DNA of 47,168 bases from Chloroflexota bacterium (GTDB lineage: Bacteria; Chloroflexota; Dehalococcoidia; SM23-28-2; RBG-16-64-32), in assembly GCA_005880075.1 (NCBI GenBank), contig VBJT01000040.1, positions 1-47,168 of the forward strand. Reading direction: 5' to 3'. Shown piece by piece: positions 7,520 to 15,879 of the stretch. The position numbers were made by a program, and so were the translations under genes. Every line of letters begins with the position of its first letter. Positions within the stretch are counted from its first letter, which is position 1. The notes below the pieces were generated by a model. It was not told where the DNA came from and made no database searches. It saw only the letters and a list, made by a program, of their open reading frames with translations.

Positions 7520-10186
7520 GTGGCAAAAATAACCCTCGACGGCCGCGAAATAGAAGCTCCCGGCGGCGCGCCATTGGTCGAGGTCATCAAGAACAGCGGC
7601 ACATTTATCTCCAACCTCTGCTACATCGACGGGCGTCCTCCTTACGCCGGCTGCCGCACCTGCATTGTCGAGATCGAGGGCGTTCGAGGTCAGCCCCTCT
7701 CGTGCACGGCGCGTGTCGAAGACGGGATGGTGGTCCGCACCGAGACTACAGCGCTGAAATCATCGCGGCAGGCCGTTCTCTCACTGATCCTCTCGTACCA
7801 CTCCGACCGCTGCCTGACCTGCCATCGCGTGGTGAAGTGCAAGCCAGGCGACACCTGTCTTCGCGACGATGTGGTTACTCACCGCTGCCTGACCTGCTCG
7901 AAGAATTACCGTTGCGAGCTGCAAACGACGTGCGAAATGCTCGAGATGGCCGGCTACGAGCCGTGGGACGGTGATACACGGACCTACTACACGACGCCAC
8001 AACCGCCGCCCGACCAGGCGAACCCGTTTCTCGAGTTCGACCCGCAGATGTGCATCATCTGCACCCGCTGCGTCCGCGCCTGCGACGAGCTCCGTCATAC
8101 CGGCGCGATCACGCTGGCCGGGCGTGGCTACAGCACGCGCATCGAGTTCGGCCAGGGAGGCGCAGTCGACGAATCGAACTGCGATTTCTGCGGCGCCTGC
8201 ATCGACGTTTGTCCCACGGCGACGCTCATGGAGCACCCTAACAAATGGGGCGCCACTCAGACCGAACGCTGGGTAGCCACGACCTGCACGCAGTGCTCCG
8301 TCGGTTGCTCGATTTCCCTCGGCACGAAACGCGGACGCGGGGTGATCATACGGCCGGACACGACCGCCAACCCCGTCAGCCGTGACCAGCTCTGCGTCCG
8401 CGGCCGCTTCCACTATGACGCCGTGAAGAACACCCAGCGTCTCCAGACGCCGCTTATTCGCCGGAACGGCGGGCAGGAGGCGGCGACGTGGGACGAAGCG
8501 CTCGAGTTCGCCGCCGCGGGCCTGTCTCAGGTGCGGGAGGAGCACGGCGCGGACGCGATCGGCTTGCTCGCCTCGCCTCTGTCGACGAATGAAGAGAACT
8601 ACCTCGTGAGCAAGATCGCCCGCGCGATCGTTGGGACCAACAACGTAGATTCGAGCGCCGGCCCCGTGGCCCGAGCTGCGTGTGGGGCGCTGCAGGCCGC
8701 TTTCGGGAGCGAGGTCTTGCCGGCCGACATGACTCGCCTCGCGAAGTCACAGACCATCCTCGTTGTCGCTCGGGACCTGGAATCGAGCCACAACGTAGCT
8801 TGCCTGCGCATCAAGGACGCCGCCGTGTATAACGGCGCGAAGGTCATAGTGGTGAGTCCTATGTGGGGCGAGCTGAATGACTTCGCAGAGGTCTGGCTCC
8901 AGCCTAAGCCGGGTGAGGGCGCCGCCATGCTCGCGGCGCTTGACGCTGCCCTCAGCGACTCCACGACCCTATCCGAGAAAACAGGCGACACGGCACCAGC
9001 AGCTCCATCGTCTCCCAATGACCCGCTCGAGAAGGCCATCGATATCCTTCGCGCCGCCGCCGATCGAAGCGAAGATGCTCACCCGATGTCCATCGTGTAC
9101 GCGCCCGTCCATTACGGCGCAGAGCATGCACGGGAGGTAACCACGATCCTGGCCAACATCGCGATCTCGACCGCGGGCGAGAACGCCCCAGAGGCTTTCT
9201 TCGTGCTCCCCCAGGAAGCAAACGTTTGGGGTATGCGCGACACGGGGGGGTCGCCGGACCTCCTGCCCGGCTATCGTCGAGCCGGCGATAATGCGGCGCA
9301 CGAGGACATGGAGCGCCATTGGGGCGTCCCTCTTCCACACGGTGACGGACTGACCTTCGAAGGAATGATGGGCGACGGCAAGCTAAGGGCACTCGTCGTC
9401 ATGAACGACAACCCGCTCATGCTGGCGCCGGACCGCACTCGAGTTCGCGCAGCTCTGGACGCGCTCGATCTGCTCGTGGTGATCGACTCGCTACCCACGG
9501 ACACGGCTCAGCTGGGTCATGTCGTCCTGGCCGATGTGTCGCCGTGGGGGAAGGAAGGCACGACGACGAGCGCTGACCGGCGGGTCCTGCGCCTCGATCC
9601 AGCGGCCGCGCCGCAGGGCGAGGCACGGCAGGGATGGCGGATCCTCTCCGACCTTGGCGCGCGCCTCGCCGAGCACCTCAACCCCGGCGAGATCCGCATC
9701 CGCTACCGGAGCGCATCCGAAATCATGGACGAGATGGCGCAGGTCATTCGGCTTTACGCTAACGCCACCTACCAAGAAATGGACTCCGGGACTCAGCAAG
9801 CTATCGACGGCCTGGGGCCGACCAAGGTGGAAAGACAGGCGGTTCTGGCCAAGGCGCTCGAGAACGGCGATGGCTTTCGTCTTACGGCAACGCGCAGCCT
9901 TTACATGAGCTATGAGGGTGCGGCAATTCATTCTCCGGACGCCGATAAATTGCATCGCGAGGAGCACGTCGCACTCAACCCCGCCGATGCCTCATCGCTC
10001 GCCATCGCTGAAGGAGAGCAGGTCGTCATCCGCAATGACCGCGGCGAACTGCAGGTGAAGGCTCATCTCACGAACGCAGTTGCAGCTGGGACCGCGCATG
10101 TCCCGCTCTACTACGACGGCGGCGCGGTCGGCGAGCTGTTTGAAGCTGATTCCGCTACAGCAGCCGTCGACATAGCGCCTGGGTAG
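7520..10186 (+). CDS. nuoG: NADH dehydrogenase subunit G-like protein (2Fe-2S, His-ligated 4Fe-4S, 2x4Fe-4S, molybdopterin-oxidoreductase-like domain)
   Basis: 888 aa. N-terminal CYIDG..CRTCIVEIEG, H-x3-C-x2-C-x5-C, CIICTRCVRACDE, CDFCGACIDVCP and CTQCSVGCSISL, followed by a long molybdopterin-type domain. There is no internal stop. Confidence 0.8.
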   Translation: MAKITLDGREIEAPGGAPLVEVIKNSGTFISNLCYIDGRPPYAGCRTCIVEIEGVRGQPLSCTARVEDGMVVRTETTALKSSRQAVLSLILSYHSDRCLTCHRVVKCKPGDTCLRDDVVTHRCLTCSKNYRCELQTTCEMLEMAGYEPWDGDTRTYYTTPQPPPDQANPFLEFDPQMCIICTRCVRACDELRHTGAITLAGRGYSTRIEFGQGGAVDESNCDFCGACIDVCPTATLMEHPNKWGATQTERWVATTCTQCSVGCSISLGTKRGRGVIIRPDTTANPVSRDQLCVRGRFHYDAVKNTQRLQTPLIRRNGGQEAATWDEALEFAAAGLSQVREEHGADAIGLLASPLSTNEENYLVSKIARAIVGTNNVDSSAGPVARAACGALQAAFGSEVLPADMTRLAKSQTILVVARDLESSHNVACLRIKDAAVYNGAKVIVVSPMWGELNDFAEVWLQPKPGEGAAMLAALDAALSDSTTLSEKTGDTAPAAPSSPNDPLEKAIDILRAAADRSEDAHPMSIVYAPVHYGAEHAREVTTILANIAISTAGENAPEAFFVLPQEANVWGMRDTGGSPDLLPGYRRAGDNAAHEDMERHWGVPLPHGDGLTFEGMMGDGKLRALVVMNDNPLMLAPDRTRVRAALDALDLLVVIDSLPTDTAQLGHVVLADVSPWGKEGTTTSADRRVLRLDPAAAPQGEARQGWRILSDLGARLAEHLNPGEIRIRYRSASEIMDEMAQVIRLYANATYQEMDSGTQQAIDGLGPTKVERQAVLAKALENGDGFRLTATRSLYMSYEGAAIHSPDADKLHREEHVALNPADASSLAIAEGEQVVIRNDRGELQVKAHLTNAVAAGTAHVPLYYDGGAVGELFEADSATAAVDIAPG
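7806..7897 (+). repeat. perfect 17-bp direct repeat (accgctgcctgacctgc) at 7806-7822 and 7881-7897 inside nuoG
   Basis: Both copies were read directly from the sequence, 75 nt (25 codons) apart and in frame. Each encodes RCLTC. Confidence 0.9.
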
Positions 10187-10201
10187 ACAAGGTCGGCCCT
10201 C

Positions 10202-10234
10202 CCGCTCGTCTCGAGGGTCTCGAAGGATGAGCGG
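10202..10234 (+). repeat. REP-like palindromic element, copy 2
   Basis: ccgctcgtc-tcgagggtctcgaa-ggatgagcgg, starting 16 nt after the nuoG stop. Confidence 0.8.
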
Positions 10235-10289
10235 AGTCCTCACGCTCCGCCTGCTTCCCATCCGCTGACCGTCGCCGTAAACTACACTC

Positions 10290-10523
10290 GTGACACAGAA
10301 TGGAGATCGCCTCGTCCTCCTTGCTAGCGCCCGAGACGAGCTTGAGGCTGGCATCTGGCGCGACGTGCTGGAACGCGACGGCATAGCGGTCTATATCAAG
10401 AGCGGCGACCCAATGGCATCGTTTGGAATACCGCCTGCGCCCGGTAGTATTCGCCTGTTTGTGCAGGCAGGCGACGAGAAGCGGGCCCGCTGGCTGCTCG
10501 GCGAAGCCATCCGCTCAGCCTAG
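10290..10523 (+). CDS. small DUF2007-like protein
   Basis: 77 aa, GTG start. LASARDELEAGIWRDVLERDGIAVYIK...RLFVQAGDEKRARWLL resembles the DUF2007 putative signal-transducing fold. Weak call. Confidence 0.45.
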   Translation: MTQNGDRLVLLASARDELEAGIWRDVLERDGIAVYIKSGDPMASFGIPPAPGSIRLFVQAGDEKRARWLLGEAIRSA

Positions 10524-10530
10524 TCCGGCT

Positions 10531-11181
10531 ATGGAGCTGCCGCTGTTCCCGTTGAACACCGTTCTTTTCCCCGGCGCGATGTTGCCTCTGCATATTTTCG
10601 AGGAGCGCTACAAGCTGATGATCGCGCGCTGCATCGAGGAGCGCCGTCCTTTCGGCGTGCTGCTGGTCCGTAAAGGGCATGAAGTAGGAGACGCGGCGGA
10701 GCCGTTCGACGTCGGAACGACGGCACACATCGCCCGGGTAGACGAGCTGGAGGAAGGGAAGATCAACCTCGTTTGCCTTGGTGGACAGCGCTTCCGCACC
10801 GTCCGCGTCGTGAGCGAGGAGCCATACCTCACCGGCGAGGTCGAGTTCTTGTCGTCTACCTCGGCTGATGATTCGAAGGCGAGGGAGCTATCGGACGACG
10901 CCGGTTCGCTCTTCGCCGAATACGTTCGCCTCTATCTCGCGATGTCAAACCAGTGGGCGCGAAGCGTCGAGATGCCGGGCGAGCCGGATGGCCTGGCGGA
11001 CTTCATTGGCGCACGACTGGGCGTAACCCCGCAGGTGAAGCAACGTCTGCTCGAGGAGCTCTCCGCGCGCACCCGGCTGGCCCTCGAGGTGCAGATCCTC
11101 GGCGAGGCGATCCGCGAGATGACGCCGCGGGTCGGAGAAGCGCGGATCATGCGCTGGCACGGCTTCGCCGTAATGAACTGA
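10531..11181 (+). CDS. LON N-terminal (substrate-binding) domain protein, stand-alone
   Basis: MELPLFPLNTVLFPGAMLPLHIFEERYKLMI is the canonical Lon N-domain start. ATG 10531 is preferred to the ORF-track start at 10423. Confidence 0.8.
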   Translation: MELPLFPLNTVLFPGAMLPLHIFEERYKLMIARCIEERRPFGVLLVRKGHEVGDAAEPFDVGTTAHIARVDELEEGKINLVCLGGQRFRTVRVVSEEPYLTGEVEFLSSTSADDSKARELSDDAGSLFAEYVRLYLAMSNQWARSVEMPGEPDGLADFIGARLGVTPQVKQRLLEELSARTRLALEVQILGEAIREMTPRVGEARIMRWHGFAVMN

Positions 11182-11184
11182 ACG

Positions 11185-12195
11185 CTACGCCTGTACCTGC
11201 ACCTTTAGCGACTTCGTCCCTTTGTCTGCTGCCGTCGCGAAGGCTTGCGCGGCGTCATCGAGCGGGAAGCGATGCGTGATCACCGCCCTCGCCCGCTCGG
11301 GGTCCGATTGCAGGATCCCGATCGCTACGTCGAAGTCCGACTGCAGGCCGGGCCGGCAGTAAGTGATCCCACCGACGACTGTCACCTCCTTCAGGATCAG
11401 CGCCAGTCCGCCCAGTTGAACGGCACCCGGGAAGAGGCCAAGCACGGAGATACGCCCGCCCGGTCGGACGGCGCCTAGCGCCTGGGCGAGCGTCGGGGCG
11501 CTGCCGCCGATCGTCTCGATGACGATATCGATGCCTTCCTTCTCCAGGCCGGCCACTTCGCTGTCTCGTATCACGCGAGACGCTCCGGCGGCTCGTGCCG
11601 CCTCACCCTGATGGTCATGCCGGTAGGTGGCGACGACCTCCCCTGCGCCGGCCGCCTTGGCTGCGATAATCGAGAAGAGGCCGATCGTTCCGCTGCCCAG
11701 CACGAGCACGTGTTCGCCAACCGCGACGTTTACGAGGTGCAGTCCGTGAACCGCGACCGCCATAGGCTCGACGAGCGCGCCGAGCTCGAAATCTAGCTCG
11801 TCGGGCAAGGGGCACAGGGTATAAGCGGGGACGGAAACGTATTCGGCCAGCCCACCCGGCGCAAATGTCCCGAGAAGCATGTGCCTCGGACAGAGGTGAT
11901 ACCGTCCGGTCCGGCAGTAAGCGCACTCCTGACAGCGCCGGATAGGCTCGACGACTAAACGTTGCCCGGGCTCGAAGCCGCGTACTCCCTCGCCCAACTC
12001 GACGATCTCACCGGCGAACTCGTGGCCCGGCGAAATATTCGGGTTCGCCGTGAACACCCCGTGGTAGAAGTGCAGATCGGAGCCGCAGATCCCGCAGGCG
12101 CGCACCCGCACGAGTACTTCACCTGCGTCCGGCGATGGCACCTCGGTATCGCGCACCTCGATCTTCTCTTTGCCGGCGATGAATGCTGCCCGCAT
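11185..12195 (-). CDS. zinc-dependent medium-chain alcohol/polyol dehydrogenase
   Basis: CGICGSDLH, GHEFAGEIVELG and a structural-Zn Cys cluster (CQECAYCRTGRYHLC), plus the VLGSGTIGL Rossmann motif. Confidence 0.85.
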   Translation of the reverse strand: MRAAFIAGKEKIEVRDTEVPSPDAGEVLVRVRACGICGSDLHFYHGVFTANPNISPGHEFAGEIVELGEGVRGFEPGQRLVVEPIRRCQECAYCRTGRYHLCPRHMLLGTFAPGGLAEYVSVPAYTLCPLPDELDFELGALVEPMAVAVHGLHLVNVAVGEHVLVLGSGTIGLFSIIAAKAAGAGEVVATYRHDHQGEAARAAGASRVIRDSEVAGLEKEGIDIVIETIGGSAPTLAQALGAVRPGGRISVLGLFPGAVQLGGLALILKEVTVVGGITYCRPGLQSDFDVAIGILQSDPERARAVITHRFPLDDAAQAFATAADKGTKSLKVQVQA

Positions 12196-12230
12196 TTCGG
12201 GCCGTATTCTAGCACCGCCCTCGACTCGCT

Positions 12231-12258
12231 CCTTGCTCCTTGCTCCTTGCTCCTTGCT
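12231..12258. repeat. tandem heptamer (CCTTGCT)x4 in a divergent intergenic region
   Basis: Four perfect units at 12231-12258, with a degenerate fifth unit (actcgct) just upstream. On the minus strand this reads (AGCAAGG)x4, giving four AAGGAG motifs. Confidence 0.9.
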
Positions 12259-12269
12259 ACTATGTCCGC

Positions 12270-13118
12270 ATGCGCGCGCTGAACCAGCCCGTTAGCTGGT
12301 GGGGATGGCACTGGGAGCCGCCGGTGCCGATGTCCATTGTCGAGCTGATCAAGGCGGGAAACCTGGACGCACGCCTTGCGGCGATGCTCTGGATCGCGAT
12401 GGAGCGCGGCGCGTCGCTGATAGTCGCCGCGGACCCACCGTCATCGGGGAAAACGACTACTTTGACAGCCCTGCTCTCGTTCACACCGCCGGAAACGGCA
12501 GTCTACTTCACGCGCGGGATGGGCGAAACGTTCGCGCTTCCGCCACGCTCGGACTCCTACCCGACCTACGTCCTGATCAACGAAATGAGCGATCACATCC
12601 CCGTCTATACCTGGGATGCGAACGCCCGCCGCGCCTTCGAACTACTCGCTAGCGGTTATTCGCTCGCGACCACGATGCACGATGTCACCGCCGAGGGCGT
12701 GATACGCCAGCTGCGAGAGGAGCTGTCCATCCCCACTGCCCAGATCGCGAAGCTCACGTTCGTCATTCCGATGTATCTGGGAATGCTCAGCAGCCCGTCG
12801 GCGGGAGCGAGGACAAGCTCCATGCGGCGCATTCAAGAGGTCGCGATGCTGGACCTTGATGGCGAAGACCTTTCGGTAAATCGAATCGCTACGTGGGAGC
12901 TGAACAGCGATTCGTTCGACGTATTTCCCAAGGCGGAGCATCGCGAAGCGTTCGCCAGCTGGGCCAAAATCTCGGATGCGGAGCTGACAGCGGAACTCGA
13001 GAGGCGGGAGGTGTTCCTGGGAAATTTGATTAGTACGGGGGTAACCGCGATTCCTGATGTCAACGCCGCAATCGAGAGCTTCCACCACGAAGCAATCAGG
13101 CCTCGCCCGCAAGTATAG
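12270..13118 (+). CDS. orphan T2SS/T4P/T4SS-type (VirB11/CpaF/FlaI-like) ATPase homologue with a variant P-loop
   Basis: ASLIVAADPPSSGKTTTLTALL (Walker A-like), YVLINEMSD (Walker B-like) and LATTMHD (His-box-like). About 280 aa, with no N-terminal domain. ATG 12270 chosen as start. Confidence 0.6.
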   Translation: MRALNQPVSWWGWHWEPPVPMSIVELIKAGNLDARLAAMLWIAMERGASLIVAADPPSSGKTTTLTALLSFTPPETAVYFTRGMGETFALPPRSDSYPTYVLINEMSDHIPVYTWDANARRAFELLASGYSLATTMHDVTAEGVIRQLREELSIPTAQIAKLTFVIPMYLGMLSSPSAGARTSSMRRIQEVAMLDLDGEDLSVNRIATWELNSDSFDVFPKAEHREAFASWAKISDAELTAELERREVFLGNLISTGVTAIPDVNAAIESFHHEAIRPRPQV

Positions 13119-13773
13119 CGGCCGCGTCCTGCGAGTCGGCGAAGTCGTGAAAAACGACGTCCGCGCCGCTATCCCGTAGCTGGTCGAAGGTGTAGGTTCC
13201 CGTGGCAACTCCGACGGCAATGAGCCGGTTGGCGAGCGCCGCTGAGACGTCGTGCGGAGTATCACCAACGACGACGACATCACTTGGCGAAAGGTGACCC
13301 GCGAACCGCTGGATACCGGCGCGCACCAACTCCGCCCGGTCAAGGCTTTCCTCCCCGAAGGCGCCGTCCCGAAAGTACTGGCGAATGCCGTAATGCTCGA
13401 GCTTCATCCACGCTGCCTCGCTGAAGTTCCCGGTTGCAAGTCCCAGGCGGACGCCGTTGCGCTGCTGAAGGGCTTCCAGCAAGTGGGGGAACCCGGGCTG
13501 CAGATGACCGTTGCGTTCTTTTAAGGTCCGCTTTAGGTGACGGTGATAGCTGCGCAGGAATGCCTTGAGGTTCGCTTCAAGGCCGCCGCGGATACCGTGC
13601 TGCCGGAGTCCCTCGGAAAGGATGTAGAGGTCGGTCCTGCCGCTGAACTCGATGTTGGCGAACCCATCGCTTATCCCAAACATCTCCTGAAAGGCGAGAT
13701 TCATACCCAGCCCGCCGGCGCCGCCGGTGTAGAGCAGAGTGTTATCGATATCGAAAAGAATGAGGCGGGTCAT
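13096..13773 (-). CDS. HAD-superfamily hydrolase (phosphoglycolate-phosphatase-like)
   Basis: Motif I LFDIDNTL, then later GLATGN and VVGDTPHD. Confidence 0.8.
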   Translation of the reverse strand: MTRLILFDIDNTLLYTGGAGGLGMNLAFQEMFGISDGFANIEFSGRTDLYILSEGLRQHGIRGGLEANLKAFLRSYHRHLKRTLKERNGHLQPGFPHLLEALQQRNGVRLGLATGNFSEAAWMKLEHYGIRQYFRDGAFGEESLDRAELVRAGIQRFAGHLSPSDVVVVGDTPHDVSAALANRLIAVGVATGTYTFDQLRDSGADVVFHDFADSQDAAAILAGEA

Positions 13774-13824
13774 TTGTCGCGTTGCGACCTCTTGGGCAAG
13801 AAACGCGGGGGCGAGCCCATGCCG

Positions 13825-14139
13825 CTATTTTTCGGCCGGCATGCCTGACTTGATCCAGGCGTCGGTGCCGCCCTCGAGGTTGTAGAGACGCGTCAGGCCG
13901 GCGGCGGCTGCCATTTCGCAGGCAAGAGCACTCCGCTGGCCAACAGCGCAGACGAAGATCAGGTTCTTGTCTGGGGGTAGTTCCTCGCGCCGAGCGTAGA
14001 CGCTGTTAACTGGAATCAGCTTCGCGCCCGGGACGTGCCCGGCCGTATATTCATGCGGCTCACGAACGTCTATCACTTCAGCGCCGTCGTTCATCATCTC
14101 ATCGGCCTCTTTCACGTCTATTCGCGTTCCAACCTTCAT
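13825..14139 (-). CDS. single-domain rhodanese (sulfurtransferase-like)
   Basis: 104 aa from ATG 14139. VIDVREPHEYTAGHVPGA, the active-site loop CAVGQRS and LEGGTDAW. The longer ORF-track N-terminus is rejected. Confidence 0.85.
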   Translation of the reverse strand: MKVGTRIDVKEADEMMNDGAEVIDVREPHEYTAGHVPGAKLIPVNSVYARREELPPDKNLIFVCAVGQRSALACEMAAAAGLTRLYNLEGGTDAWIKSGMPAEK

Positions 14140-14160
14140 TGTAGCCTTGCGGTTCCACGA

Positions 14161-14188
14161 TTGACAGTCGCGCGGCTGTCTGTATGAT
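14161..14188 (+). promoter_or_regulatory. sigma-70-type promoter candidate for the DinB-family gene
   Basis: TTGACA (14161-14166), 16-nt spacer, TATGAT (14183-14188) preceded by TG. aaggaggg lies at 14195-14202 before ATG 14207. Confidence 0.55.
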
Positions 14189-14206
14189 GCACGCAAGGAG
14201 GGAACG

Positions 14207-14740
14207 ATGGCGGACGAGACCCAGATCGCCGAACTAAGCCAGAAGATGATCAGCGAGCGAGAGACGCTGCTTGCGGCACTCGAGTCTTTAAGCGACGACG
14301 AAGCCGGGCAGCCGCCGAAAGATGGAGAATGGAACGCCAAACAACAGATGTCCCACCTATGCGAGATGGAAAGCGCGTATCGCGCCTGGGTGGCGCGCGC
14401 GCTGGAAGAAGACGGCGCGAATGTCGAGGGGATACGCGGTGAACGCGTGGCCATTCCGCTAGAGGAAGCCGATCGCCATACGGTAGCTGAACACCTGGCC
14501 GAGATGCGCGGGCAGCGGGAGAAAACGATGGCGCTTATCGCCTCGATGACGCCGTCTGATTTCGACCGTCGCGCCAGCAACTCGCTCTTCGGTTCGCTTA
14601 CCGTGATGCAGTGGCTCCGATCGTACTACCGGCACGACCGCATGCACGTCGATCAGATCAGCGGCCTCGAGCCGAGCTACAAACCGCAGTTCGCGAGCGG
14701 GAGAGAGCCGGACCAGCGTCGCGCGCAGCCCATCAAGTAG
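14207..14740 (+). CDS. DinB-family protein
   Basis: 177 aa with a four-helix DinB-like pattern. WNAKQQMSHLCEMESAY and YYRHDRMHVDQI supply the His residues. Confidence 0.65.
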   Translation: MADETQIAELSQKMISERETLLAALESLSDDEAGQPPKDGEWNAKQQMSHLCEMESAYRAWVARALEEDGANVEGIRGERVAIPLEEADRHTVAEHLAEMRGQREKTMALIASMTPSDFDRRASNSLFGSLTVMQWLRSYYRHDRMHVDQISGLEPSYKPQFASGREPDQRRAQPIK

Positions 14741-14742
14741 AG

Positions 14743-15786
14743 GTGCCCAAGCCCCGCGTCTTTGTCACGCGTCATCTTCCGGGTAACGCTCTCGACCTGC
14801 TTGCCGAACACACAGATGTCGCCGTTTGGCGGGATGAACTTCCGCCTCCGGCCGAAGAACTTGAGCGTGAGGTGGCGCGCAGTGACGGCGTGCTCATGCT
14901 GCTGACCGATCGCATAGGTGGGGATATCCTGAAGAAGTCCCCGCGCCTCCTCGTCGTCAGTAACATGGCGACAGGCTTCGACAACATTGATCTCGAGGCC
15001 GCCGGCCGACACAACGTTCTCGTGACGCGTACTCCGGGCGTGCTGAGCGAGACGACGGCGGAGTTCACCATCGCCCTCATTTTCGCCGCTGCCCGGCGTG
15101 TAGTTGAGGGCGACCGCGCAGTGCGCGCCGGAGAATGGAAGACCTGGGGCCCGGAAATCCTGCTTGGCCAAGACTTGAGCGGGGCAACCCTGGGGATCAT
15201 CGGGATGGGTGAGATTGGGCGAGAGGTCGCACGGGGTACCCGTGCGCTCGGATTGCGAATCGTCTACTTCAGCCGCAGCCGCAAGCCGGGACTGGAGCGG
15301 CGCTATCGGATGGAGTTCGTAACGCTGGACCAGCTTTTCCGGGAATCGGACGTCATTTCCCTGCACGCCCCGCTGACCACTGAGACGCGCCACATTATCG
15401 ACCGCAAAGCGCTGTCGCTGATGAAATCCACCTCAATTCTCGTAAACACCGCACGCGGGCCTCTCGTCGATCAAGGCGCGCTCTATCGGGCGCTGATGGA
15501 CGAACGAATTGCAGGCGCGGCCCTCGACGTGACGGACCCCGAGCCCATTGCGCCGAACGATCCGCTGCTCTCCTTGCCAAACGTCATCGTAACGCCTCAC
15601 ATTGCCAGTGCCAGTGTGGCAACGCGCTCGCGGATGGCGAGGCTGGCGGTCCAAAACCTGCTGGAGGCGCTGGGCGGCAAGCTCCCGAAGCACGCCGTAA
15701 ACCGCGACATCGCACGCGCGTGGAGAGAGCGAGTACGAAAGAGCGGCGTCGCAATTGGCAGCGAAAAGATGGAGCGGCCAGCGTGA
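14743..15786 (+). CDS. D-isomer-specific 2-hydroxyacid dehydrogenase (glyoxylate/hydroxypyruvate reductase-like)
   Basis: GIIGMGEIGREVA NAD-binding fold, NTARGPLVD and DVTDPEP...PHIASAS. GTG 14743 chosen as start. Confidence 0.85.
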   Translation: MPKPRVFVTRHLPGNALDLLAEHTDVAVWRDELPPPAEELEREVARSDGVLMLLTDRIGGDILKKSPRLLVVSNMATGFDNIDLEAAGRHNVLVTRTPGVLSETTAEFTIALIFAAARRVVEGDRAVRAGEWKTWGPEILLGQDLSGATLGIIGMGEIGREVARGTRALGLRIVYFSRSRKPGLERRYRMEFVTLDQLFRESDVISLHAPLTTETRHIIDRKALSLMKSTSILVNTARGPLVDQGALYRALMDERIAGAALDVTDPEPIAPNDPLLSLPNVIVTPHIASASVATRSRMARLAVQNLLEALGGKLPKHAVNRDIARAWRERVRKSGVAIGSEKMERPA

Positions 15787-15815
15787 TTGACACCCTAGGA
15801 GACGCATGCTATCGT
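15787..15815 (+). promoter_or_regulatory. promoter candidate upstream of pyrE
   Basis: TTGACA (15787-15792), 17-nt spacer, TATCGT (15810-15815). Confidence 0.35.
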
Positions 15816-15879
15816 CGCGCTAGCCACTTGCCGACCGCCTCCGCCCGAAGCGGGGGCCTATTTCTTCTACGAGTAAGCC

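Noticed and set aside
7520-10186. The NuoG-like protein as a selenocysteine or molybdenum formate dehydrogenase.
   Set aside because: There is no in-frame TGA, and I cannot identify the Cys/Sec Mo-ligand context by eye. The NuoI neighbour favours a Complex I-type subunit. The question stays open only as part of the scattered-nuo finding.
12231-12258. The heptamer array as a CRISPR or minisatellite locus.
   Set aside because: There are only four 7-nt units with no spacers, which is far below CRISPR repeat size. It is kept as a simple tandem repeat.
15816-15879. A pyrimidine-responsive attenuator in the pyrE leader (hairpin cccg-aag-cggg followed by ctatttcttc).
   Set aside because: The stem is only about 4 bp with a 3-nt loop and the U-tract is interrupted. 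That is too weak to call.
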